Shown: positions 26,101 through 37,792, numbered from the stretch's first letter. The stretch is DNA of 64,000 bases from Mobula hypostoma (GCF_963921235.1 NC_086103.1:147188001-147252000); one strand, 5' to 3'. The notes: generated by a model not told the origin, from the letters alone. A program made the numbers and translations.

Positions 26101-29100
26101 AAGGAGCTGAAAACTTGGCACAAATTTTCCAATAACTGCTGGAGTAGAGCTTGAACCCTCATGTATTAAATCATAAACTGTTGGAGTTGAGCTGACTAAA
26201 TTTCCTGAAATATTGATTATATACAGTAAAAGATAACTTGTGTTTGCATACTGGTTGGTGGTATTTGAGCTGTTGCACTTCTACAAGAACAAATGTATAA
26301 GTCTGTCTTTCACCATGCAGTGTGACTTTGAAAGATGTGGTAGATCGTTCAAGAAGCATCAGCATCTCAAAGTTCATCAATATGAGCACACGCGTGTACC
26401 ATCATTCAAGTGGGTATTAAGCTATGGTTAAATTTCACTTTTATTAAATACTGAAGAAATACTAATCATTATTTTCTTTTGCTAGGTGCAATTATGAAGG
26501 ATGTGACAAACGGTTTTGCCTTCCAAGCAAGTTGAAGCGTCATGAGAAGGTACATGCAGGTGTGTCCTATATTCGAATATTTCTTCTCGTATCTAATTTA
26601 AGGAAAAGGGAATTTCTTCAACTAATTGTAATGTTTAGTGACATAACACTTCAGAAATAGGTTTATTATCACTGACATGTCAGGAGATTTGGTGTCCTGC
26701 AGCATTACAGTGCAGTACAGAAAAAATATTAGAAGTTAATATAAGAAACATTTAAAAAAAAAGGTAGAGCAGAGTGTAGTGTTCATGGTCTGTTCAGAAA
26801 TCTGAGTGGTAGAGACTGTTGAGTGTGTGTTTGTTACATTGGTACTTCCATACTAGAAGGTGATGTAACCAGTCAGAGTGCTGTCCTTGGTCTGTCTGTA
26901 GGAATTTACTTGAGTATTTGGTGACATAAATCTCAAACACGTAATCAAATAGAGCCACACACATCAAAGTTCCTGGTGAACACAGCAGGCCAGGCAGCAT
27001 CTCTAGGAAGAGGTACAGTCGGCGTTTCTGGCCGAGACCCTTCGTCAGGACTAACTGAAGGAAGAGCTAGTAAGAGATTTGAAAGTGGGAGGGGGAGGGG
27101 GAGATCCAAAATGATAGGAGAAGACAGAAGGGGGAGGGATGGAGCCAAGAGCTGGACAGGTGATTGGCAAAGGTATATGAGAGGTTCATGGGACAGGAGG
27201 CCCAGATAGAGCCCCTGGCATGCCTTCATGAATGCATTAATGTTGTGCCCAGGATAGCTCTTCAGCAATGTTAATACTTAGAACGTGAAGCTGCTCCCCC
27301 TTTGCACTGTTGACCCCTTGATGTGGACAGGTATAAATTCTCTTGACTTCCCCTTTCTGAAGTCTACAATCAGTTCTTTGGTCTTACTGATGTTGAGTGC
27401 AAAGTTGTTAACATACAAGGTGGCTTACTTCATAGACATAATTTTTTTTTAACCTAACTGTGTAGGATTATTTTGCTAGTTATAATTAGAATTATTCATT
27501 GTAGCTGTGGTACAATTGTACAAAGGACTAAAAGATTTCTACACCATCATGCTGTTTGACCAAACTCTCAAAATATTCGTAAGATTATTGCTCTTTAAAA
27601 TACAAGATGATCAACAGCAGGTGGAAATGCAGATAGATGCGAGGGAGATACTTAATAGTTTACAGTCCATAAGTTAGAATACATATGTAAACGTATCCAT
27701 CACCATCATCATGTTGCAATTATAATTCAAAGGCTGGAGGAATTGTGTTCACTTTGTAGTGATTTATTGTTCAAAATTCAGAATATATCAGAAATAACAT
27801 GGTCTGTTCAATAAGAGTCTGTGAGTCTACAAGAGACATAGTTTTCAACATAATAAGGAATTGTTAAATATTGCTGCATTAATTGATTCTTTGATTTTTG
27901 TTGCTTCCAATTGATTCTAAATTTATGTACAAGGAAATAGAAATTTCAGTTATTAACAATAGATAGACATACTTTATTGATCCTGAGGGAAATTGGGTTT
28001 CGTTACAGCTGCACCAACCAAGAATAGAGCATAAATATAGCAATACAAAAACCACAAACAATCAAACAACAATATGCAAACTATGCCAGATGTAAATAAG
28101 TCCAGGACCAGCTTATTGGCTCAGGGTGTCTGACCCTCCACTCAAGGACCTGCAAAGTTTGATGTCCACAGGCAGGAATGCCCAGTGTTGTATTTCGGTG
28201 GAATATGGCTGGAGTCCAACAGCAAAAAGTTCAATATCCGGGCTACAAACACGTTCCTCGATCGTAATATGACCAGGATTGCATCATCCGTTGTTAACCA
28301 GAACAGCAAGCCCCCAACTCCTTTACGCTTACTGCTGTCAGTGCACTTCCGGTCAGCCCGAACTGTCTGGAAGCCCTCCATGTAAAAGTTTTGGTCGGGT
28401 ATGTCCTCGTGCAGCCACGTTTCAGTAAAACACATAACACTTCTCTCCCGAAATGTTCTCTGACTCACGGCTAGTGCCGTCAACTCGTCCATTTTATTAC
28501 CCACCAAACTCCTCTTCTCCATAAGTCTCTGTTGTCTCGACCCGGTCCTCCTCCCTTGCCTTTGTGAACCCCCTCTGCATCCTCTGTGTGTTTTCCTCCA
28601 GATTTCAGCAGGGGTGTCTGCCGCTCTGTTCGCTAAACCGGCCGGCATAAGCGCAATCAGCTGGTTCCTGGAATAAACAATGTGACCATACTGCTGCCCC
28701 GCTAATGAGACGTGTCCGAATGTAACTATTTCCAGCGCTAAAAACCCAAATAAAACTCTCCACCAGCACGTTAGAGAGGGTGCAGCTTCGACTTGTTTCC
28801 GTGGAAAAAAAAAACAAATAACGTAAGTTATAACAAAGTGTAAAGTAATTGCTTTAGTGTAGGTATTTGTAGGGAAATTAAAGGTATCTACATAATTTGA
28901 GATGAGAATTTTATTTTCATAGTAAAATAAAGTGTACTGTGAACTTTAAAGTAAATTTCGGTTGATAATTTTGGGTCTTTTGAAATATTTTCAGGGACTA
29001 GATTGAAACGGCATGTAAACAGAAAGTGTTGGCTACAAACACCAAGTCAGGCAATAGTTTGTGGAATATCTGACCCAGGTGTTTCTAGCACTCAGATCTT

Positions 29101-32100
29101 TTCTTTACTGCTGGAAGTTTAAAATCTTCAATTTTATTTACCTGAGACTGTACGTTTGCCAGCAAGATGGTCAGTATTGATAGCCAAAAGCCACGCTTCC
29201 TTAGATGAACTCTTAAAACAGAGTGGCATCCTCTCTTTTGCTGTCTTAAAGGGGAACTGTGCCAGTGACAAAAGTCCATTTGAGTTCTGTGTACTTTAAG
29301 TTGCAATAGATTATTTAATCGCCTTAAAACGATGTTACTAACTGTACAGACATTAGATGTAGTTGTGGTTCTAAGCTGTAGCAGATTAAAATGGGAATAT
29401 TTAATGGTTTCTGTCAGAGCTGCTTGCACGAGTAGCCTTCTTGATGGTACCCCTGAAGTGGAAAAAGTTGAGCAGAAATTTAAATAGATTGTAATACAGC
29501 GATAAGTATATAGTTCTAAGTAAAATTTATTATCAGAGTACATACATGTCACCACATACAACCCTGAGATATGTTCTTTGCGGGCATACTTGGCACACCT
29601 ATAGAACAGTAAAATTGTAAACATCAGGAACTCTAAACTGTAAACAATCTGTGCAAATGCAGCTATAAATAAATAGCAATAAATAATGAATATGAAATAA
29701 CAATATGACATCCATCAATATAACAATACAACAGGGTCCTTAAGTGAGTGTAGTTATCCCCTTTTGTACAAGAGCCTGATGATTGAGGATAATAACTTCT
29801 TGAACCTGGTGGTGTGAGTCCTCAGGCAATTGTACTTTCTACCCGATGGCAGCAGTGAGAAAAGAGCATGGCCTGGTAGGGGGGGGAGGGGACGAGGATC
29901 TTTGATGGATGCTGCTCTTCTAAGGCAATATTTCATGTAGATGTGCTCAGTGGTGGGAGGGTTTTACCCAGGAGGTACTGGGTGGAATCCACTATCTTTT
30001 GTAGGATTTTCTGCTCAAAGGCATTGGTGTACCCGTACCAGGCCATAATGTAGCCAGTCAGCACACTTTCCACCACACATCTATATAAGTTTGCCAAGGT
30101 TTTCAATGACATGCTGAACCTCTGCAGACTCCTGAGGAAGTAGAGGTGCTATCATGCTTTCTTTGCAATAATATTACTCAGAGAGTGGTTGGTGCGTGGA
30201 ATGCACTGCCTGAGTCAGTGGTGGAGACAGATACACTAGCGAAATTTAAGAGACTACTAGACAAGTATATGGAGGAATTTAAGGTGGGAGGGTTATATGG
30301 GAGGCAGGGTTTAAGGGTCGGCACAATATTGTGGGCCGACAGGCCTGTACTGTGCTATACTGTTCTATGTTATATATTTATATGATGTGTCCAGGACAGT
30401 TCCTGTGTGATATTGACACCCAGGAACTTGAAGTTGCTGACCCTCTCCACCTCTGATCTCTGATAATTACTGGCCCATGGACCTCGTTTCCCTCTCCTGA
30501 AGTCAACAATCATTTCCTAGATCTTACTGATATTGAGTCAGAGGTTGTTGTTATTACACCACTCAGCCTAGGTTTCAATCTCCCTCCTGTATGCTGATTC
30601 ATCAAGCTTAGTAGGAGTAGTATAATCTCGCCATGTAGAGTATAAGCAGCTTTTATATTCCTAAATTCTACAAATATGTCCTTGCCAATAAGTCAGCTCC
30701 ATCTTTGGTACTAGCCTACAAAGTACCCGGGACATCTTTAGGGAGTGATGTCTCAGAAAGGCAGCGTCCATTATTAAGGACCTCCAGCTCCCAGGGCATG
30801 CCCTTTTCTCACTGTTACCAACTGGTAGGAGGTACAGAAGCCTGAAGGCACACACTCAGCGATTCAAGAACAGCTTCTTTTCCTCTGCCATCTGATTCCT
30901 AAATGGACATTGAATCTTTGGACACTACCCCACTTTTTGTAAATATACAGTTTTTGCGTGTTTTAATCTATTCAATACATGTAATTGATTTACTTGTTTA
31001 TTATTATTATTTTTCTCTGGTAGATTGTGTATTGCATTGAACTGCTGCTGCTAAGTTAACAAATTTCACGTCACATACTGGTGATAATGAACCTGATTTT
31101 GATAAGCTGTCTAAGATGCCTTCTCCATTAAATCCAATACTCTTGCAAGGAGATTTACTGGTTTTATTAAAATATCATCAGCAACTAAGTTTGAATAAAA
31201 TTAGATAATCTTTAAATGGGACCAGGTCATTTTGCTACACAAGATTTGTGTTAGACCAGCATTGTCAAAAGAATGATTTTAAAATAGAAAATTACAATTA
31301 TTTTAATGAAGAAATATTTCATTGTATAGAATAAAGTTTTACCTTGTCTGTAGGCACACTTTTCATTCGGATTTTTTTTCTCTAAGTCAGTGATGGTTAA
31401 ACTGAAATCTTTTATCACACTGGCAGCAGCAATGAAAAATATTAATCTTTGTAATTATTTGTAGTTGCAAGTTTTATCAGTTGAGATTAATTTCATCTTC
31501 AGGTTATGCATGCAAAGTGGAAAGTTGTTCATTTATTGGAAAAACGTGGACAGAGTTACTTAGCCACAAGCAGAAGCAACACAAAGGTAATCATATGAGT
31601 ATCAACTAATTAGCTTTCATTTTATAGACATGTATATATTATTTGTATTGTATAATCTGCATTGCCTTCTATTTAATACAAGTAGGGTATGAAGTTGATT
31701 CTCTGCTGAGTGTTGCAATAGTCTGATTTTTTCCTCGACTCTGGCCATGTGGAATAATTAACTGAAATAAGTAAGAAATAATTGAAGTCTGCAGTAGAGA
31801 TGTTGGAAGTACTATTGGTTAACGTGTAATAACATGGCAGAGTGTGTTCCTCAAACATGCTATGAGCCTCTATAACAATGCTGTCGGCCATTAACAGATG
31901 TGATGAATTATTAGTGTCTGGTAACTGAAAGCTTGGGGTCATCCTTTAGACTCAACATGGGAGTTATGCAAAGAAGTCACCCAATCCGTGTTTAGTTTGT
32001 TTAGTTTCTCCAATGTAGAGGTGACTACATTGTCAATATCAAATGTAATATCTTTCTGGTCTAAGTGTTACTGTCCTATTATTTGCCTGATCAAGAAACA

Positions 32101-35100
32101 TTGTACAGTGGATTCCGGTTAATTGTGACACATCGGGACCAGTATGTTTTGGCCCAATTAAGCAGCTGCCAAATTAGCTGAAGTTTTATGGGAATGGCTA
32201 AAAAGGAATAAAAAAGACAAACTGAATAGCATTTTATATATTTAAATACAGTACAAATTAAAATACTAATAAAGCTGTATTAGTTCCTAATGAATATTGA
32301 CAGAGAAATTGATCCAGTGTATGCTGTAGTATTTTGACTAAATGAACAAAATCAGCGCAGGCACCTAGTGCAGGTAATAGACTTCCTTTATACACTGCTT
32401 TTGACAATTGCATTGTAACATTCAAGATGATTGTCAATATCTTCAAATACTTTGTAGTTTCTAACTTGTTGAAGTAGTGAAATTGTTTCATCTTCACTTC
32501 TAGCTGTTTCTGGCATCTTCAAGCCTGAATGCTTGAAACTGCAGCAAGCAAGACAGTTTGAATTGTATTACTGCTTATTTCTCACCAGCACTCAGCGACA
32601 AGAGTCCCCACATTTTGAACCCACGCAACTGACGCTATTGGAAAAACTATTTGCTTTAAGCATAGTGTAGTGCCTAATGGCCGCACAAGTGCACATGACT
32701 AACGCTAGTTAGAAACTGTTCAACAGCAGTCTCCCGTCCCAATTAAGTGGCATAGTGTCCCAAATAAATGAAGGGAACCTGGCAATTTTCTGGATTAGCT
32801 TTTGCTCTTTGAGAGCTGTCACAAGGAAGCCGCTGTCCTGATTAACTGGAATCCACCACTGTATTTCAATTTATTAACTATGAAGCTAAAGCTTAGACAA
32901 CTTAAGATCATAGGATATCACAAATTAGGTGAGTTAAATAAACTAATTTTGTTTATCCAGTTTCTAATTTCAGCCTTTAAACCATACTCTCACCATGATG
33001 CATTTGGAAAGAACATTGCAAGGTGAGAACATGGTATAAAGGACTGTATTTATAAATCATCACTTTAAAATGTCTTCGGAAAGGATCATGGAAAACTATG
33101 TGCAGCATGCTTCTTCAGATAATATGAAATAACAATACAACTAATGTCTCGAACAGATAAAAGGCCATTATTGGTTTGTTTAAAAGGGCATTTTAAAAAG
33201 AGAACCTTGGGTGAGAGGCAGGAGCATATTCATTCAAGGGCTTTGTCTGCTGTGGTAGGGCGAAAGCCACCTTTTCAGGAAGGAAACTATTTCAGAGGAA
33301 TTTGTATTGGAATAAATATAGATGTGAGAAACTGGTAAAATGAATAAACGGCTTAAAGGAGTCTGGTTGGGAATGTGTATAGTTGAGATAATTGTGGGCT
33401 TGTAATGGATTTTTGTCACAATTCTGTTGCTGCTTGATCAACGCACAGAGCTCCATAGGAAAAGTAATGAATTTTCCATTTGCTAATAAATAGTAACGGA
33501 AGCATCAATGTACTAGAGCAGGGGTTCCCAACATGAAGTCCTTGGACCCCTTGGTTAATGATAGGGTTCCATGGCATAAAAAAGGTTGGGCAAACCCTGT
33601 ACTAGAGAGTTGAGGGAGGAAGCCTGAGTAAGAATTGAAACTAGACAGCTGTGTTCACTCTCATGTTCCTGAGCTACAATTTATCACAACAGCCTGGCCT
33701 CACTGTATTAGATCCCTTCCTCCCATACATCCCTCCTGCAAACTCTGCAACTTAAAACTACAGGCTGCCTTTGGATAATGGATGTGTTCTGTTTCTAGAG
33801 ACCTCGATAAGTCAAATTTTATCCACCGCAGGAAAGTGCATAAAAATCACTTTAAATAGAAATCATACCTCCATGGTATTGTAATGAATGCCATCAAAAG
33901 CACCTAAGACTGATAAAGAACAATTACAAAATTGTTGGATGAAATTCGTTCTTCCAATTGTAGAAGTGAATATATGGTATGTTGGGAGTTTTCTTTCTAA
34001 TATTGTGGAGCTTGTTTGTATGTAGGACCATTCATGGGTCCAGCATTCTTAACCTGAGGACAGCTTGTAACTTGTCCTTTTCCCAGTTTTGATGAAGGAC
34101 TCGACCTGAAATCTTTCACGTCCGCGGATTCAGCCTTACCTGTTGAAAGCTCCAGCATTATCTATTTTTATTTCAGATTTCCAGCATTTTTTGTTTTGAA
34201 TTTCAGTTATTACAAAATCTTAATGGTTTTATTGGAAAGGTATTCTTTAAAATATTTTGAAGGGAAACAATACATAGTTTCAGAATTTGTTGATTATAGA
34301 CCACTTTCATTAAGATAAAGCATTATGCCGCTACTTTATGTACGTTTGCATATCAATTAGCTCGCTAGAATAACTCATCCACGTGAAATGTAGAACAGTA
34401 AGTGCTCAATTAAATGCAAGAATGACAATTTTGTATGTATTTATTTTTAGAACCCTTTATTTGTAGTGAGTGCGGTAAGAAATTTAAACGGAAAGACACT
34501 CTTCAAGCACACCTTAAAATTCATGCTGAAGAAAGGGAAGTCTTTCGATGTCCCAGAGAGGGTTGTGAGAGAACTTATACCACATCATTCAACCTGCAAA
34601 GCCATATTCTCTCATTTCATGAGCAACAGCGGAATTTTGTTTGTGAACATTCTGACTGTAAGAAAGCTTTTTCCATGAAAGTAAGTTTTTTTACATTAAT
34701 TTAAAAATATATCCATTCATACTGTCCTTTTTGCTTGTCTACACTCTAATTTGCTTGCATTATGTCTTTATACTAATATGCCTTGCCTTGGTCACATTGC
34801 CTGTCTAACTATCTCTTAAATGTAGAGATTGTATCTGAGTCCACCAGGGACTGAATGATTCTGATTGCCTGTGTCTCTTGCATTCCTCTATCAGATCATC
34901 CCTGGGTCTTTCACACCAGGTGAAATCAGCCTGTCTGATTTCTCTCCATACTAAAGTGCTCCTGTCCAGGCTGCATCCTAGTGAATGTCCTCTGCACTCT
35001 CCAGTGCAATCTCATTTTTGTAGTGTGGTAATCAGTCATGCAATGTGTATGATATTCCCTCTGGTTTGGAATGTAATACTGTATCCATATTTTATACTGT

Positions 35101-37077
35101 ACAGTGGCCCAACCTAATAATGAAGGCAAGCATGCCACATGCCACCATCATTCGATCTGTCTGTATTGCCACTTGAGAACTGGGTTTCTCTATTCATCAA
35201 CATTACTAGCCATTTAATGTATGTGATACCCCCATTTGACTTGTCAAAATGCATGATCTTGCACTTGTCTGGACTGAATACCATCTGCCAGTAATCTGCA
35301 AAACTTTGCACCTTCCCATATCCTATTATGGGATTGGAAAACTTTCGTCATACCTACAGCACCACCACATTTGTTTCCCTAATCATACCATGTTTGCCTT
35401 TCATTCTTATTGGAACGTGCTGGCGTTGAACCCTTGCCATCTTTTATACTACTTGCAATTGGCAAGGTTCTACCTTCAAAATATCGGTATCCAGTTTACT
35501 TCTGCCAGATCCCCTCTTGTGCTATCAAAATTGGCTTTGCCCCAAATTAGGACTTTTAACTCAACGCTAGCCTTATCCCTTTCAGTGCATCCCTTGTAAG
35601 TTAATTATATTACCGTACCCAAAGTGTTTCTTCACTGCCACTTTCAGCAACTGACCCATTGCATTTTTTAAGATGTCACTAGTTGGACAATCTATATTTG
35701 TATGTAGTAGAAACCTTTAATTGTTAATGCTGAAAATGATTCTATATAGCAGCTTAACTCTTGATGTGAACATTAGTATTGCTTAATGTTAGTTCTGCTT
35801 TAAAAGTAGTTGTAGGCTTTAGAGTCTCAGTGCAGAGTCTGCAAAATGTATAAAATGTTGATGTTTGGCTATTTTATAAATGTGGCAAATCCCCTTTAAT
35901 TTCCATACATGCTTTGAATAGATCAATGGTGTAAGATACTTAAAATAATACCACTTTTTCTCTTGCAGCAAAGTTTGGACCGCCATTCTGTTGTCCATGA
36001 TCCTAAAAAACAGAAATTAAAGGTACACATTGCAGTTTACATTTTTATTCAGTAGTGTGTTTTGTAAATATATTGGGAACTAAGAAGTAACTGCATGCAG
36101 GTAATTTTGTGTTTAATTGAAATTTTGTACAAATGGTGATTCATTCATCCTTAGAGCTTGTGAACACCAATTTTCACCACTGTAGTTGAGTAAAGGAAGA
36201 GAGATCTAATGCCTCATTGTATTTGTGAAAGAGCCATCAATGAGATGTGTATGTCCTGAGCAAGTAACACTTGAATTTTCAGTGTTTTAGTTAACATAGA
36301 AAAACCTACAGCATAATACAGGCCCTTCAGCCCACAATGCTGTGCTGAACATGCACTTACTTTAGAAATTACCTAGGGTGACCCATATCCCTCTATTTCT
36401 CTAAGTTCTTGCAGAACACTCAATTTTTGTCTCACGACAACTGAAATTTCAACATAGTTGGTCACTGGCTTTATGTAAAATGACTTCAAAATTTTCAGCC
36501 TAATCAAATTGCAGTTTCCTTCACCAGAATTGCAATTGTATTTATGCATTTTCACTGAGGACCTAAAACTTCATTATCTAATTGACAGACCCTTGGTCTC
36601 TGCTATTTCTATTTACACTAACATTAAATTTACTGATAATAACTTGGTGTGGCAGAGTTGTAAAAAATCTTCATCTGGTAAAGCTTAGGGCAAAATGACC
36701 TTTCACTCCTCATTTTGGGATACTAGAGGTCTTTTTTTTTCAAAATAAGAATGTTTTAAGCATCCATTTGCATTTGATGCATGCAGCACAATGGCTAGAA
36801 CAATCTCTGAGAAGAAAACTGTTTAATAGAATGAAGTTTGCATCGTCTCCCACAGGCAAAACAGCGACGTCCTAAGCGTAGTCTTGCATCTCGTCTTACT
36901 GGATATATTCCTCCCAGGAACCAGCCTGCTGTGGCCATGATGACTTTATCTGAAATGCTTGAAAAGGCCAAGATGTCAGAAATAAAGAACAAAACTGAGC
37001 TGATGGAGCCTTTGGTAGCTAATGTTCACAATATTACAATGAAAGAAACATTAGACTTTAAATGTATGTCACATTGA
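13934..37077 (+). CDS. GTF3A: Transcription factor IIIA, spliced CDS join(13934..14188,22049..22149,25516..25612,26321..26409,26486..26559,31503..31586,34451..34680,35969..36022,36856..37077), 401 aa; 414 or 438 aa if the ATG at 13895 or 13823 is used
   Basis: Nine exons with GT-AG boundaries and compatible phases give nine C2H2 fingers. TFIIIA hallmarks present: [18 protein letters not shown], finger-6 GKTWT, C-terminal [14 protein letters not shown]. Lies next to MTIF3 as in other vertebrates. The start codon is uncertain. Confidence 0.95.
14400..17035 (+). mobile_element. Decayed CR1 fragments in GTF3A intron 1, interrupted by an antisense Rex1/Babar-like piece (~15725-16385)
   Basis: Residual CR1 endonuclease and RT motifs plus a 3' tail; antisense FYRCT.ESILTG motif. 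Confidence 0.55.
17050..17200 (+). mobile_element. Solo Penelope-like pLTR terminus with hammerhead copy (17066-17103, G12>A)
   Basis: cagtc-ctgatga-agggttttggccc-aaaac-gtc-gactg followed by AGATGCTGCCTGGCCTGCTGAG...CAGCATCTGCGGA. Confidence 0.8.
17988..18681 (+). mobile_element. Tc1/mariner Tigger-like non-autonomous transposon, family A
   Basis: TIR CAGTCGGCCCTCCTTATC; TA TSD; remnant of an HTH-like N-terminus ([20 protein letters not shown]); N-gap 18448-18597. Confidence 0.88.
18448..18597. other. Gap or mask, 150 N
   Basis: Direct reading. Confidence 0.99.
20046..21030 (-). mobile_element. Penelope-like element 3' part: GIY-YIG, pLTR and decayed hammerhead at 20139-20176
   Basis: [11 protein letters not shown]...; [14 protein letters not shown]...DLPVA; pLTR terminus. 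Confidence 0.82.
22049..22149 (+). CDS. GTF3A: GTF3A exon 2 (finger 2)
   Basis: Polypyrimidine tract and aag acceptor; [34 protein letters not shown]; donor gtcagt; 101 nt. Confidence 0.95.
22543..23269. mobile_element. Tigger-like MITE, family B
   Basis: TIR CA(A/G)TG(G/A)ATTCCA(G/A)TTAATTGGG; TA TSD; paralogous to 32106-32861. Confidence 0.8.
23555..24444 (+). mobile_element. Tigger-like transposon, family A, second copy
   Basis: Same TIR and TA TSD as the copy at 17988; N-gap 24190-24366. Confidence 0.88.
24190..24366. other. Gap or mask, 177 N
   Basis: Direct reading. Confidence 0.99.
25516..25612 (+). CDS. GTF3A: GTF3A exon 3 (finger 3)
   Basis: tttcag acceptor; [32 protein letters not shown]; donor gtaatt; 97 nt. 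Confidence 0.95.
26321..26409 (+). CDS. GTF3A: GTF3A exon 4 (finger 4)
   Basis: atgcag acceptor; [30 protein letters not shown]; donor gtgggt; 89 nt. Confidence 0.95.
26486..26559 (+). CDS. GTF3A: GTF3A exon 5 (finger 5)
   Basis: ttgctag acceptor after a 76-nt intron; [24 protein letters not shown]; donor gtgtgt; 74 nt. Confidence 0.95.
26955..27205 (-). mobile_element. Penelope-like pLTR with hammerhead copy (27017-27052, GTC>GCC), nested in an antisense LINE fragment (~26650-27410)
   Basis: Near-identical to 3210-3455. Confidence 0.82.
27960..28803 (-). mobile_element. Internally deleted Rex1/Babar-like LINE: 5' end and AP-endonuclease start joined to the 3' tail
   Basis: LVGNKMDEL...[14 protein letters not shown]...GFQTVRADR...KG.GG, then 3' UTR with AATAAA and (TCTA)n tail. 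Confidence 0.7.
29512..30605 (-). mobile_element. Rex1/Babar-like LINE 3' fragment with a nested + strand CR1 end (~30173-30370)
   Basis: [14 protein letters not shown]...HTTRFK; insert [17 protein letters not shown]. Confidence 0.72.
30690..31105 (+). mobile_element. Rex1/Babar-like LINE 3' end
   Basis: Reverse complement closely matches 17907-19020 with the MITE removed. Confidence 0.72.
31503..31586 (+). CDS. GTF3A: GTF3A exon 6 (finger 6)
   Basis: cttcag acceptor; [28 protein letters not shown]; donor gtaatc; 84 nt. Confidence 0.95.
32106..32861. mobile_element. Tigger-like MITE, family B, second copy
   Basis: TA-CAGTGGATTCCGGTTAAT ... ATTAACTGGAATCCAC(CAC)TG-TA. Confidence 0.8.
33519..33599. 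mobile_element. 81-bp hAT/Charlie-type MITE
   Basis: CAGGGGTTCCCAAC...GTTGGGCAAACCCTG; perfect 8-bp TSD TACTAGAG; partial inverted copy at ~39903-39946. Confidence 0.85.
34451..34680 (+). CDS. GTF3A: GTF3A exon 7 (fingers 7, 8 and the start of 9)
   Basis: ttttag acceptor; [24 protein letters not shown]...[24 protein letters not shown]...[13 protein letters not shown]; donor gtaagt; 230 nt. Confidence 0.96.
35969..36022 (+). CDS. GTF3A: GTF3A exon 8 (end of finger 9)
   Basis: ttgcag acceptor; [18 protein letters not shown]; donor gtacac; 54 nt. Confidence 0.93.
36856..37077 (+). CDS. GTF3A: GTF3A exon 9 (C-terminal domain and stop)
   Basis: cccacag acceptor; [20 protein letters not shown]...KCMSH*; TGA at 37075-37077. 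Confidence 0.94.
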   Translation, partial: AKQRRPKRSLASRLTGYIPPRNQPAVAMMTLSEMLEKAKMSEIKNKTELMEPLVANVHNITMKETLDFKCMSH

Positions 37078-37516
37078 TATGTGTACTATATCGTATTTCA
37101 AAGTGTTTTAACTTCTGCAACGGGGTGTTGAGATTGTGAAGACTAAAGATCGGCTTCGAGGCACTCTATCCATGGAAGAACCTTGAACATTTTCAATGTA
37201 ATGCTGGTGATATTTGGATTTACTTTTAAAATAATGTGAATTTTGATTCATTATTTTTCCTCCCTCTCATGCATGTGCTGCCTAGCATCATCTATTTCCT
37301 TCAGTTGGCTATTTTGGAAAATCTGGTTTTGCCATAATACCTCTTTCTATTCCAACAAACAGTAAATTTTACTTTAATTTTGACTGTTTTCTTTCAGTTG
37401 CATTGCTGCTATTTAATTGTAGCACTTGACCCAAATGACCTTAATTCATGTTTGAACCAGTCTGATCCATTTTCTATCAACATGCAAATATCTGAAGGAA
37501 TGTGTTCTTGTGTATT

Positions 37517-37522
37517 TTTATT
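37517..37522 (-). terminator. MTIF3 poly(A) signal AATAAA
   Basis: TTTATT on +, about 120 nt downstream of the MTIF3 stop. Confidence 0.6.
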
Positions 37523-37563
37523 AATCTAATGTTAAGTATTTGCAGAGCTTTGAACCAAAGCAT

Positions 37564-37569
37564 AATAAA
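37564..37569 (+). terminator. GTF3A poly(A) signal AATAAA
   Basis: First canonical hexamer I find after the stop at 37077. Confidence 0.6.
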
Positions 37570-37642
37570 TGCAGTGAACAAGCTATTCAATTGGAATAAT
37601 TTCTTTCAAAGTTTCAAAGCATACACATTTTAAATAGTCAAT

Positions 37643-37792
37643 TCAGCTTTCCGTTTGTTTCAATTTCATTTCTTTTTCAGATAGATGCCGTAGAACACAC
37701 ACAACAGCTCTCCCTTCTTTAATGATCTTTGGTCTGGACACGTAGGTAGCCTTGTCTGGCATGGATTGAACAATCTGATCCAGCAGCGATTC
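37643..37792 (-). CDS. MTIF3: MTIF3 last coding exon
   Basis: CTAAC branch point and aaag acceptor; ESLLDQIVQSMPDKATYVSRPKIIKEGRAVVCVLRHLSEKEMKLKQTES*; absent from the ORF track. Confidence 0.9.
   Translation of the reverse strand, partial: ESLLDQIVQSMPDKATYVSRPKIIKEGRAVVCVLRHLSEKEMKLKQTES

Noticed and set aside
29085-29711. 208-aa ORF on the - strand
   Set aside because: Chance read-through from one LINE 3' UTR into another LINE 5' end
35811-35820. TGTAGGCTTT matching the 3' end of 5S rRNA in a GTF3A intron (looked for a plant-style 5S-mimic exon)
   Set aside because: Only 10 nt with no upstream 5S similarity; expected by chance. An Infernal 5S search would settle it.
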